DNA of 64,000 bases, taken from positions 868,001 through 932,000 of the forward strand of contig CDLV01000008.1 in assembly GCA_001244265.2 (NCBI GenBank). The letters are read 5' to 3'. The notes beneath the pieces were generated by a model. The model had not been told where the DNA came from. It searched no databases and was given only the letters and a program-made list of their open reading frames with translations. This stretch comes from Microbotryum violaceum. Lineage: Eukaryota. The first letter of the stretch is position 1; every line of letters begins with the position of its first letter. The position numbers were made by a program, and so were the translations under genes. Of this stretch, positions 52,849 to 64,000 are shown piece after piece.

Positions 52849-54789
52849 GCTGCCCCGTGGTGCATCGGAGGGTTTCCAAAGTTTGGCCTTTGGCAGCGAT
52901 GTGAGCCGACGCGGATGATGTTGCGAAGCACACTACTGCGACGGTGCGGATATGGGGGCGAAATGGGCGTGCCGGACCTCTGCACATCGCCGTAAGTGCC
53001 TGCACTTCGGTACACTACCGCTTTGTATGCTTTCGACGACCAGACTTGGTTCCGTCCCGCCGTTACTCTTGGCAGGTGTTCTCTGACTCGACAGATTTCG
53101 CTATAGCTCGGTTACAAATAGGGGCTACACGGGCAACCCTCTGAACCGTACGGAATCCATGTGGCTATAATCCGCAACGGGCCATAATCCTAACCACCTG
53201 AAAGCTCGAGGTTTTCCTGCTGGATTACCTGATGCAAGATATTTCAACATCAACTTGTCAGAAATGGCCAGGGATGACAATGTATGGGGCAGAACCGCTG
53301 ACCATGCGCGAATTGAAGGGTCGAAGCGCACTCGCGAGTCCATAATTGTACCATCTTCACCCCACATGTCATATTCTGGATACATTGCCATCCCTGGTAA
53401 TTTTTGGCAAGTTGATGTTAAAATATCTTGCATCGCATAGGGAATCTAGCCGGAAAACATCGAACTTTTGCAGATGATCACCGTTGCGGATATTCCGTGC
53501 GGCTGAGGGTTGCCCGTGTAATCCATGTTATCGGGGCGGCAATCGGGGCAAACCTTATGCGAGAGAATTGGAGAATCGTCACTCGGGGCACGTCTTAGCC
53601 GAACCTCGTCGAGATCGAGATCAGGGTCAGGATCAGGACTCGGATCAGGCTCAGATCAGAGCCTGCCGATCGAGGAGGCATCTCAAGAAGTACGGTCCGT
53701 GTATTTGATCTAGATCCAGGATCGTATCTTCACTTGATCGATCGAACAGGGTAAGCGCTCCGAGACCTTCGACCGCGAAGTCCGTCTCGATCCAGCCGCG
53801 GACTCGGCAGGGCGACGGGCTGGCGACTAACATTTCCGCACTACTTGCTAGTGCTTCAACACCGATAAGACAGTTATCCTTCCTCGAGTGAGACATCTGT
53901 GATCCCCGTAGATGACATCACTCGATCGTTGAAGTCCATACCTCCGTGCGCCAGCGGGCAGCCACGGGCGTCCACCGCCGTCCCAATCCCGCCACTCCCC
54001 AAGTCCTGAAAAGCACTTGCATGGCGGGTAAGTCCCTGTTGAGGACGGTTGACGACATCTCCAAGACTTTCATTCGCCCCAGGGCTATGGCGCTTCAGTG
54101 CTGCATGTCTTGTCCATGCAGACGCTCTACGACGGAGCAGCAATTCATACGGTCTGACAAGCCTTTTCCGGCGGTGTCACGGGTAGTCGATCGGGGGTGG
54201 CGCCCCTGTCGCCCCACCGGGGCAGGGGCGCGCAACCCGGATCCGAAGCGCAAGCGGCACGTGCGATCGATCTTAGCGAGAGCAACTTCAGGCCGGCTAT
54301 TCAAGTGCGCCTAATCTCAGTCCTTTCTCGCCAGCCCTCTTTTTATTCAGACGATTCCCGCCCTCTACCGATCGTGTCGGCTGTTCCACATCACGGTTCC
54401 AAAGACAGGCAGGCAGTCTCAGAGCAGTCAATTGTTATCCACGTCGTCGACTCGACCGGGACCAGAATTGCGGGCCCGTAAAAGTCCAAACATCTGTCCA
54501 TCAAACGGATCACATGATTAATTTGAGCCCTCCAGAGTCCACAGTACCCGGCGAAATTCGGGATCGTGATGAACTCCACGCTCGAGGTTCGGAAATCCTG
54601 AGCGTCGGGTCGAACGGGCCTCGTCCAAGTGTTGGGCTGGTACCTGCTCGCATAACGATATACCCCCGAAAAAAATTAACTCAATTTCAAATGCTTTCGA
54701 CTACCTAAAGTGGACGTCCCCTGAATTCCAGTTGCTCATTTTCCCTTCTTCCTCCACTTGCAACCTGCGAAACATCGAAATTCGTGAAG

Positions 54790-56602
54790 ATGTTCCACTC
54801 ACAAAAAGTACTCGCTCAAACTTCTCGTCGACTTCTTCACACCCAGGTCGGACAAGATCCACTGCCCCGCATCGTAGGAGTCGTCGGCACCACTGGTGTG
54901 GGCAAGACCAAGCTTGGGGTCGAGCTTGCGAGGGCTGTGCCCTCCCTAGCTGCGCACCCTGGTCCTGGACGTTCCGCCCCTGACTCGCGGCTGGCCCCCA
55001 TTGCGGAGGTTATCAATTCCGACTCGATGCAATTCTACAAAGGCTTCGACATCATGACGAACAAGACGACTCCTCGAGAAATGCAAGGCGTTAAGCACCA
55101 CCTTTTCAACATTCTCGAACCCGACCAGAGTTATTCGGTCCAAGATTTCGAATCAGACGGGCTTAAATTGGTGAATCAAAACTGAATGAGCCTCAAGGAT
55201 CTTAGTAACGGTCTCACTCATTCAATGTCTCACCGCGAGCTTAGATCCGAGACCTGTGGCAGCGGTCGGCCGTCCCCATTTTTGTGGGGGGATCCGACTA
55301 CTTCCTTAGACATCTGATTTTTGGCCACGGATCCACTGGCAAGCCGGTGTCTTCGTGGGGCAGCATGGGGCAGCGTCAGGAGCAGGCGCCGAGGCAAGTC
55401 GAACCGAAGGAAACTAACTCATCCGGTACGCACCGGTCACCTCCCTAGTGCTCGAGCTTACGTCATGTGCAAACGTGATGTCTTGATTCCACAGATACAC
55501 TACCCTCATTTTCTGGCCTTACGCTGAGACCAGCGTGCTGAACAAGAACCTGGACGATCGTGTCGACAAGATGGTCGAGGTCAGTCGAGTCTCACTAAGC
55601 GATGACAGGGGCCATGGCGACCACAGCGAGCGGTCAGCTGACTGACACCGGCCATATGTTCTCACGGCTTCATGGCTCATTATATGTCATAGCTTGGCCT
55701 TCTGGAGGAGGTTGAGCAGATGTGGGCCTTGCAAGGCCGAAACCTCGAGACCGCCGATTGGTCGAAAGGGGTCTTTCAGTCGATCGGTTCGCCACATCTC
55801 ACTCGTGACCCGTGATTACTCTAGATTGGTAGTGAGCTGAACTTATAAAACCCTTATCGACCAAATAGGCTACAAGCAACTGCTTCCCTATATCTCAAGT
55901 CGCCACGGCTCTTCGATCTTGCCTCAGCTCCTACTGGAAGCCGGCATCGAGCGCACCAAGACCGCAACCCGTCGGTACGCGCAACTTCAGATCGATCGGC
56001 TCAAGAACGCGCTCTTGCCGACGGTCAAAGGGCTTCAAGATCCTGCCAAAGTGACTGTGGTGATGCTTGATGCGACGGGTGAGTCTGAGCCCATGACAAA
56101 TCCACAGTGCTGCGGGGCCAAGACAATGGTCGTCCTCCACATTGGACATAGGCGGCAGCTACTGACGGAACCGTGGTCGGATCCCTCTTCCACGTGGCTA
56201 GACCTCACCCGGTGGGAGGAAAACGTTCGACAACCGGCTCAAGCATACCTGCGTGGTGAGTCCTCGTTGGAGCGGACCACACGTGCTCGAACTCACGGAT
56301 CTCTCTCTCTTTCCGTCCCGAGCCGAAGCTAACGCTTGATCTCTTGTTCTCAGCGTTCCTGGCGAACGAGCCACTCCCCGATCCGACTTCTCTATCTCCT
56401 CTCGCCGAGCGCCATCTTTCTGGGATCCCGTTGCAGTGAGTACACTTTCGCCCAGTCGGTCCCTCGAGAGCTTTTTACTCATGCCAACCGAGATTGGTGA
56501 ATCGGCCACAGTCAACCTGGAAGTGAGCGCATGGTCGACCCCAGTGCTTCGGTCGCTGACCTGCTTGCGTTTGATCACGCGACGCGTAACTTCAAGCAAT
56601 GA
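54790..56602 (+). CDS. Short isopentenyltransferase paralog lacking the tRNA-binding insertion and zinc finger; stop at 56439 or, with one more intron, 56602
   Basis: GTTGVGKT, NSDSMQFYKG, TNK, VGGSDYF, LDDRVDKM, QSIGYKQ and TRRYAQLQ. Intron positions match the neighbouring MOD5, with one GC-AG intron at 55394-55494. Confidence 0.8.
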
Positions 56603-57093
56603 TCGCGACTTATGGGTGGAAAGGGTGCGGGGACAACAGTCATTACACAATGCCTTGCCCCGAGCCACCAATGTTTGTAGGTCTGCGGACTAAGATGTGT
56701 GTGCGTCTGTGTTTGTTGAGAAGACCTTTCGGCGTACGTGGATCATTTATTGCGGCTGGATTCCGGCAATGAGATGAGCTTCATTCAGTTTTCGTTGACG
56801 TGACAAGCAAGGCGGCGAAAGTGGAGGGAGAGAAGCACCAAGCAAGCGGTCATATAGACGTTGAGCCTGTGTGGCCGGCATCTGGTCCATTCACTTTCAG
56901 TGCCAGGGGAGCGACTCTGCAAATATGATTTCTAAAGCCGGGATCAACCTACGCACACGACGGTGATCAGTCGAAGCCGCCTCTAGTACTTGGATCCTTG
57001 CCCAGCTCCACCGTGTGGTCCTCACTCCAACGCCACCAACGATGCGGTGAACCACGCTTTCACGACTTTCAAGTACTGGAACTCGCACACCGC

Positions 57094-59213
57094 ATGATCT
57101 CTAGAGTAGCTCGATCCGGAACTCTGCAGCTCAGATCACGTGCTTCGTCCGTCGCCCCGACGCAGCGCGTCCGGCAGACCGTTCTGCGCACGATGAGCAC
57201 GCTGCCTGTACAGCGCCCCCATGTCGTCGCCGTCGTAGGAACAACAGGTGTAGGCAAGACCAAGCTCGGAGTCGAACTGGCTCAAGCTGTCGCGTCCATG
57301 GCTCTTTCGTCGTCGTCGAACTCGGGAGCTGAAGTGATCAACTCGGACTCGATGCAAGTGTACAAAGGGCTTGATCTCATCACCAATAAAGCAACCGTGG
57401 AGGAGATGCAAGGTATCAAGCATCACTTGATGGCCTTTCTTGAACCGGGTCAAGAATATAGCATCAATGAATTCCAGGCGGATGCGCTTCGTTTGGTCGG
57501 TCCCTTCCGTCGATACAGACGTTGGAAGGATGACACTGACCTATACAGCGGAGGGATTCGCACAGATCGATGATATGCGAAATCGGGATACACTACCCAT
57601 TCTCGTTGGAGGCACCACGTATTATCTCCAGCACCTTGTCTTCCCGAACCAGCTCGTTTCGGATACCCCGGCCATTTCAGTCCCAAGGACGACTCCCACC
57701 GAACCCCTACCTATCTCAGCAACGCACCACTTCCCTCCCAAACTAGTCGAACATATCCATGCGTTGCCACACGAACTACTGCAGTTATTCCTCGCCCTCC
57801 CATGCCTACCACAAACCTCGACCCCGGATTCGTTCCCTCCGAATTTCCCTCTTGGGCTCGTCCCCGAACCTTATCGATCCCCATCGGACTTTGCTCCAGC
57901 TCTCTACGACCTCTTGGACCGGCTCGATTCGCGTAGTGCAGAACGATGGCATTGGAGGGATATTCGGAAAGTCCGGCGAGCGCTCGAGATTGTTTGGGAG
58001 GGAAGGCAATGGGATGATGTCATGCAGGAACAGAATCAAAAGGGACGAGGACAGGCAAGGTCAGGGATTGCTCTCAAAACGCTATCAGGAAATCTACCAA
58101 GGAATGAGAGCTGATACACTTGTTTTCCTTGAGGCTAGGTTCCCGACTTTGATCTTTTGGCCTTATGCTGAGCCCGAGTTGCTTTCGAAACGACTGGACG
58201 AGCGGGTCGATCGCATGCTTCAAGTGAGGCAACGCTCCACCCCACTCAGGCAATGTACGTGTACTAATACAGTCGTTCGGTACAGTTGGGTCTCTTGGAA
58301 GAGATCGAGCAACTGTGGGCTCTTGCACACCGGAAAGGAGGCGAGGGTTCCGACGAAACCGATTTCTCTAAAGGGGTCTATCAAGCAATCGGTGAGCAGC
58401 CGAGCTGTACCGGCGCCGAGCTAGACTCAGCGCCGTGCAGAATCTGAACCCTCTCGCTCCCCACAGGCTATAAAGAATTTTCGCCCTACCTCGCCTCCAA
58501 GAATGACTCTTCCATCGATTCAAAATCCCTCTTCGATGCAGCTGTAGAAAGGATGAAGATCTCGACGCGCCAATATGCGAAGAAACAAGTCAAATGGATC
58601 AAAAGCAAGTTGTTGCCCGCGATCAAGGAGTTGGAGACCCATGCGGTGACGATCGTTTTGCTTGATGTGACAGGTGAGATTCAGTCGTGGCAAAGACTTT
58701 GGCGACCGTGCCGCGGCGCTGATTCGTGATAGGTGAACAGATTTGGAGAAATGGGAGGAAAACGTTCATAAACCCGCCATCGAGTATCTACGAGGTCAGT
58801 AGAAATGGTTAAATATGTTCTACTCTCGATCACCATCTAATCTTGTGCTATTGAAATTGTACAGCTTTCCTCAATGACGAGCCCATCACCGACCCGGCCC
58901 TACTATCTCCCGTCGCTCAAGAACATCTCTCCGTCAGCAATACAGGGTCAGGACACCTCCTCTAACAAGCCACTACCCATAATCACGTCCTCTGATGATC
59001 CCTCATTCTTCCAACAGCTCCCCCGCCCGTCCAAAACGAGCTTGTCCGATATGCACCGACGATCCCTCTCGCCCTTTCTTCGTTGAGTACCATCTCTGGG
59101 ATTCTCACTCTCGCACCAAAACGCACAGACGACGATTGCGGGAAGTCGGAACACGTGGTCGAAGACCGCCTCAGCGGGAAGAGCGCGAAGAACGGGAAGA
59201 ACGTACAAAATGA
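57094..59213 (+). CDS. MOD5: tRNA dimethylallyltransferase (tRNA-IPT), full length
   Basis: GTTGVGKT, DSMQVYKGLD, VGGTTYY, WHWRDIRKVRRALE, QAIGYKEF, TRQYAKKQ and a C-terminal zinc finger CPIC...WDSHSRTKTH. Confidence 0.92.
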
Positions 59214-59381
59214 AGGGAGTAATATTATGCGGTACACAATTGCAATCAGACGCAGCGCTACAGACAGAAGAAGCATCTGGTAATGAAAGGAGATGAGACG
59301 AGACGCCGACGAGCGGCGCGTCGGATAGTTGAAGAACCAAAATAAAATAAAAATGCACGACGTCTACTATGCTAATCCAAG

Positions 59382-60965
59382 CTAGGCGATAGGTTCGACG
59401 GCTCTAGCTACTGCGGATTGGGAAGCAAGTGGGGCGTCGACGAAAGGCGCGGACTTGATAGGCTCTAGCACCTCCCCCAACTCGGTCGGCTCCGTCGAAG
59501 CAGGTGCAAGCGTCCCGTCCACGCTTTGTGGTGTCGAAGACACGGCCAACTTGTCGACACCATTACTGAGGCCCTTGATCGACGCGTCGTCCTTCATCGT
59601 CGTCGTGGCACTAACTGAGCTTTCATCGACTTCCACCTTGCTCTCGACGTCTTTCTCTTCTGCCCCCTCAGGGACCTGAGCTCCCCGAATAATCAATTCA
59701 CTAATCCCGCACAACCCTTTCCCGTGCTTCCTCCATCGGTCCAAGTTCGCCGCCCGCCGTTCTTCGCACATTTTGGTCCAGGCGGGGAAGAACGCCTCGT
59801 GGTTGTATTCGAGGTTGACTTCACCTCCGAACATGGATTGCAATTGAGAGGCGGGGATGAGATCCGTCGCGTCGGCCTCGCTGAGGAATCGGATCTTGTC
59901 CTTGGTTCGGGGATCGACGAAGGGTTTGACGAGCGTGTAGAATGGCCAGAAGAAGCTGGGGTGGCGCGTGGATTCGGGATATCGAGATTAGTCCATGCAA
60001 CTTCGACTCTGAAAATCGCCAAGACTCCTCACCCTGGTACATCGACACAGATAGCTCGCCCCAATCGCTCGCAGTAGTAGGTCTGCAAGATCTTGAGCAC
60101 CTCCTTGGCCGTCCCCGGAGAGGTCGGTGGTGTCTTGACGTTGCGACTGGCGCCAAAGTCGATGCACAAGCACAACATCTCGGTCGGGGGGTTCGTTGCG
60201 GGCGCGAGGTCGAGCGTGCGTTCGAGACACCAGACAACGAACTCGATTTGGCGATGCGAGGTTTTAGTATTTTGTCGATACGGGTGCATGTACAAGATGG
60301 GTCTTGAAGCAAAGTCGTAGCCAAACTAGAGGAAGGAAGAAGCCAGAGTCAGACGCCGCTTCAAGATAAAATCTGGATACCACATCGTGGGTGGCACCCC
60401 AAAAAACGACACGAAGCATCGAACCAACACTCACCGAAAGCTCCTTGCCCGTCTCTCCTTCATGCGACACCTGCTCAGCGGTCATGGAATCGATGCCGAA
60501 TTCTCGTCGCCAAACCAATATTTCCTCGGCGCGTTTGATCGCGGCGGGATAATCCCACTTGACGGCCCTCGCAACGCGTTGGAACTGTTCCCACGACCAA
60601 TAGCATTTTTCCACATCCGAAAGCGGGACCGATTCGTTCGCGGACGAGGTCGAACTTGCTGAACTTGAAGTGGAAGTGGAAGTGGAAGTGGAACTTTGCT
60701 TTTCTCCTCCTCCGCCAAAGGATCCGAACCATCCACGCGAGGGAGGTCTCCAAGCTTTGAGCGTGGTCGGAAGCCCAAAGCCGGGTTCATTGAAGCGCGC
60801 GATAAGCTTGTGGACGAACTCGGTCTGTTCCGATGTGAGCTTGTGAGGTGTGGGTGGCTTGGCATCTGGGTGAGGGTGGGCGATGGGAAGAATCGGTCCA
60901 TCGGAAGGAGGGGATCCGGGAGCCGCCGAGTCGGACGGCTGAGATGGGGCTGACTCGGTCATCAT
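59382..60965 (-). CDS. CRAL-TRIO (Sec14-like) lipid transfer protein, Pdr16/17-like
   Basis: RAVKWD...WRREFG, EGETGKE, LQTYYCERLGRA and FGGEVNLEYNHEAF. Confidence 0.88.
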
Positions 60966-61368
60966 CGCTGGGAGTCAGTTATCGGCAAGCCGGCACGGAA
61001 AGAGAGCGGAGCGCGAGCGCGAGCGCGGGTGGGTGTGGCAGGTACTAGTAGGAAGATCACGGAAATGTAAAGAAAACAGGAGAGGGAAGCTTGAGACGTA
61101 GAATCGACTGGAAGCTGAGACGGAAGGTAGCAGGCAGCGAAACAAGTCGAGTCGATGCCGAGCCTCCCCCCGATTGACGACAACGACGTGATGCATCGCG
61201 AGATGACGGCTGCGAGATCGCGAGCCGACGCCAACCTTCGCAGCGGCCGAGCCGAGGGGCATCGTCGCCTCGTCATATTGCTTGGTAATCCGCCGGTCTG
61301 GGGCTCGGGCACGGCGCGCGGGCAGTGCCGGCAGTGAGCCGTCTCCGACACTGAGGGCCGTAGAGAGC

Positions 61369-61750
61369 GGGGAATTCCACCCTCGGAGGGGAATACCCGA
61401 GGTCTCGTCTGGTATTTACAAAAGCCCGCTTGGGTAATACCCGACAGCCTGGTATTTCCAGGGCGCCTGGTTTTACCACGCGCCTGGTATTACCCAGACG
61501 CCTGGGTATTTCTAGGGCGCAGGGTGTTATTTCCACGCGCGCGCTGATTTTACCCAAGCACGTGGTAATTCCAGCCGTCACTTGGAAATACCAGGCCGTC
61601 GAGTATTACCCAGACGCCTGGGTATTGCCAGGTCGCAAGGTGATATCGCCCCGGCCGAATGAGATTCTGTCCAGGCGCGTGGTAATACCAGCCGGCACCA
61701 TTATCACCCTCGCCCGGTGGTATTCCCAGCCAGGTATGGTATTGTCCACT
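61369..61750. repeat. Array of ~17-20 degenerate palindromic TGGTAWTWCCA motifs at ~19-20 bp spacing
   Basis: Examples at 61450 TGGTATTTCCA, 61468, 61485, 61563, 61583 TGGAAATACCA, 61680 TGGTAATACCA and 61718. An exact 24-mer repeats at 61487 and 61603. Confidence 0.85.
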
Positions 61751-63814
61751 TATATATTGGATCTAGATCCTAGTCATACCGCTACTCTCAGCTGTCTCAG
61801 CATGAGCCAAATGACTTCTAGCCTAGCAGATGGAAAACAGCTGGGAATGGATTACAAGCTCAAGAAATTGGGCCGAGCTTCGTCCTCCAATCGGTCACAG
61901 ATATACTCGCGAGGCTCCTCTCGAGTCTCGACCCACCCTCCGATAGATGCGACCAGCTGAGCCTAAGATGCAGCGCAGATCTATAATCTCGATCGCTCCC
62001 AGAGTTCCTTGACCTCGAGTGAAAAACAAGTTTTGGTGCCTCTGCGCACTGACAACAAAAGCAGCCTTTCTTTTTGCCGCCTTTGCGCTGGCTTGGCCAC
62101 CGGAGTCCGCTCGATAGCGTCGACGGCTTCCAATCGACTTAGATTAAGAGACCTGACTTTCCCTACCAGGAAAGTCTGTGGAGTGAGAGGCACAAATTAG
62201 CGTTTGTACGTGAGGAGTCGTCGTCGTCGTCGTCGTCGTCGAATGGGAGCGAGCTGGAGCTGGAGCGGTCCTCGTATTCCAGGTCAGGAGACACCATTCC
62301 CCAATCAAATGCCGCGTCAAACTGTTGTGTCTCGCGAAAATTTTCTTCGTCCAATCCTAGCGCTTGGTCCTTACTTGACCCCATTGATCCCCCGACCGAA
62401 GAAGCTCGAGTCCGGCAGGCCATCCGGGACATTAGGGCTACAGTAATGCGCAATACGAGCAGCGCTTAGGCAGATTTGATTATGTGCGCTGAAGAATGGC
62501 GCCATGCGTCCGCGCGCTTCTTTCCTTCTTTCGCCTTCGATCCACTTGTGCCCGCGTCGAAGCTCAACCCTCCCCGCCTACGTCTTCCTACCATGACACG
62601 AACATCGCCAACCACGGCAAGACGTACAACAAGGATGGACAAGTCGAACAAACCACCGCATGAATGACGTCCACGTGTGTACAGAAAGCTGAAATTTTCG
62701 CGGTCTGCGTCTGCACCGCCACAGTTGAGGGAATTTGCTGACGTGTTCTTTTTCAACCGCGCCGCCGTCCTTCACCATCGGCCCACTGCGGCTACCTGTC
62801 TTCTTGTTTCTTCCAGCCAGAAAATACGTTGAAAAGACAAGGGTTCTATGAGCCTGCGCGAGTATACTATGATTGGGTTGCGTGAGTACCGGCGGCTCAA
62901 CGATCGGGGCGCGACGCCATCTCGTCGATCTGACTCCTCAGTGCTCACCATCTGTGTGATGTCCTTCGACCCGTCGGTTGTACGGGATGCACTAGTAAAG
63001 GCAGGAATCACCACACCTGACCCCATCAACTTTTATGGTCGGCATGTGGACTCCAGACTACCACACGCCTAAGGAGTTCAACCTCAAGGACGCGTTCAGG
63101 CTCCTTCAAGCCAAAACGCAAAGCAACACTACTGTGTGGGGATGTCTTGGACCTGCAAAACAACAAGATATCGTCAAATATGTGAGTTGCGCGGAATGTA
63201 CGGAACGTGCGCTTGCTCAGGCACTCACTCGTCATCCTCTTTCAGATTCGTGAGCGCACGGCTTTCTGAGGGTCACATCGGGCGACTGGCTCTATGAAGA
63301 GCTATGCGTTGGCGAATATCCTGAGCCGCGTATAGACTGCAGTACGACCGTGAGACCTGTCGGTTGGCGGGAATCATGGGACGGCTTTCCAGGGCGGACA
63401 TCACAAGATTGCGCAACGAGCTAGGCGTAGGATCGCTCTGAAGGTTAGTCACTACTCTCGATTGAACAAGAGGCCCGGGTCAGTCCAAATCGACGGAGGA
63501 GGCGAACGCTAAACAATCTTCTCGCATTACCCAGAAGACCATTACCAGGCGGGTCCGCCGCAGAGAAGAAAGCGAGGAAGAGCAGTCTCGGGTAGAGGAA
63601 GAGGAGGAAGAATAATTAGAGCCGACTAAAGGGTATAAGAAACGGGCAAGAGGAGCGGCAGCCGGAGCTTCGGGCGGTTTCATCTTGATCAATCTGACAA
63701 TCCAGACAAATGGGAGGAGCCTGTGACGGACGTGGACCTCAGTTTGCTGCTTTGTATTGTACCTATACCATAATACAGTAGAAAACCCTGCATTGAAAAA
63801 CTACATTTTGGATG

Positions 63815-63897
63815 TGAGCATTAGTAAATTCCAACATGAGCATTAGTAAGTTCGAATACAAGTTTTAGTAAATTCGAATATGAGCAGAGCATTAGTA
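63815..63897 (+). repeat. 22-bp tandem repeat, ~3.5 copies (TGAGCATTAGTAAATTCGAATA-like)
   Basis: Units at 63815, 63837 and 63859, with a partial unit at 63881. Confidence 0.85.
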
Positions 63898-64000
63898 CTA
63901 CAAAGGTGACACCCATCACAAAAAACCTAATGCTAATTGCGCTCGGTCGTGCTCCGCACAGAGCCCCTATTGAGACTTTTCGGGTGGAAATACCAGCTGA

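Larger units (their letters stand above)
61369..64000. mobile_element. Possible non-autonomous or degenerate transposon extending beyond the window
   Basis: Starts with the palindrome array, contains only broken ORFs, and the same motif (TGGAAATACCA) reappears at 63985-63995. Confidence 0.4.

Noticed and set aside
61369..61750. CRISPR-like repeat-spacer array, or the 176-aa ORF at 61430-61960 as a gene
   Set aside because: Repeats are degenerate 11-mers with ~8-bp spacers, and the ORF simply translates the repeat.

Overview
Intron-rich, GC-rich eukaryotic DNA, most consistent with a basidiomycete (Pucciniomycotina/Microbotryomycetes-like) yeast. That assignment is inferred from GTGAG/GTCAG donors, CTGAC branch points and gene content. 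Gene models were spliced by eye, so internal exon boundaries are approximate. The window has four parts. (1) 1-16.7 kb is an eight-gene catabolic cluster: DODA/LigB ring-cleavage dioxygenase, an ALDH-fold protein lacking its catalytic residues, a small unknown protein, a C2H2+Zn2Cys6 hybrid regulator, an MFS transporter, a CocE/NonD hydrolase, a cupin and a fumarylacetoacetase. Their promoters share a CCGAGTGG(G/A)-type motif. (2) A ~10.2-kb Mutator-like transposon (22630-32813) has a 9-10 bp target-site duplication and ~2.7-kb inverted arms that duplicate the 5' part of its own transposase gene. It encodes a DDE transposase-SWIM-Ulp1 protease fusion and sits between divergent NXT1-like and LAM/YSP2-like genes. 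(3) Housekeeping genes: MPH1, NOP10, YjbQ-like, PPS1-like, a LIG1-family ligase, a GS-like enzyme, a polyol dehydrogenase, an AN1 zinc finger and a Sec14-like protein. Among them is a tandem pair of tRNA-isopentenyltransferase genes, one of which has lost both tRNA-binding modules but kept the catalytic core, making it a candidate de novo cytokinin synthase. (4) From ~61.37 kb there is a probable second mobile element bounded by arrays of a palindromic 11-mer.
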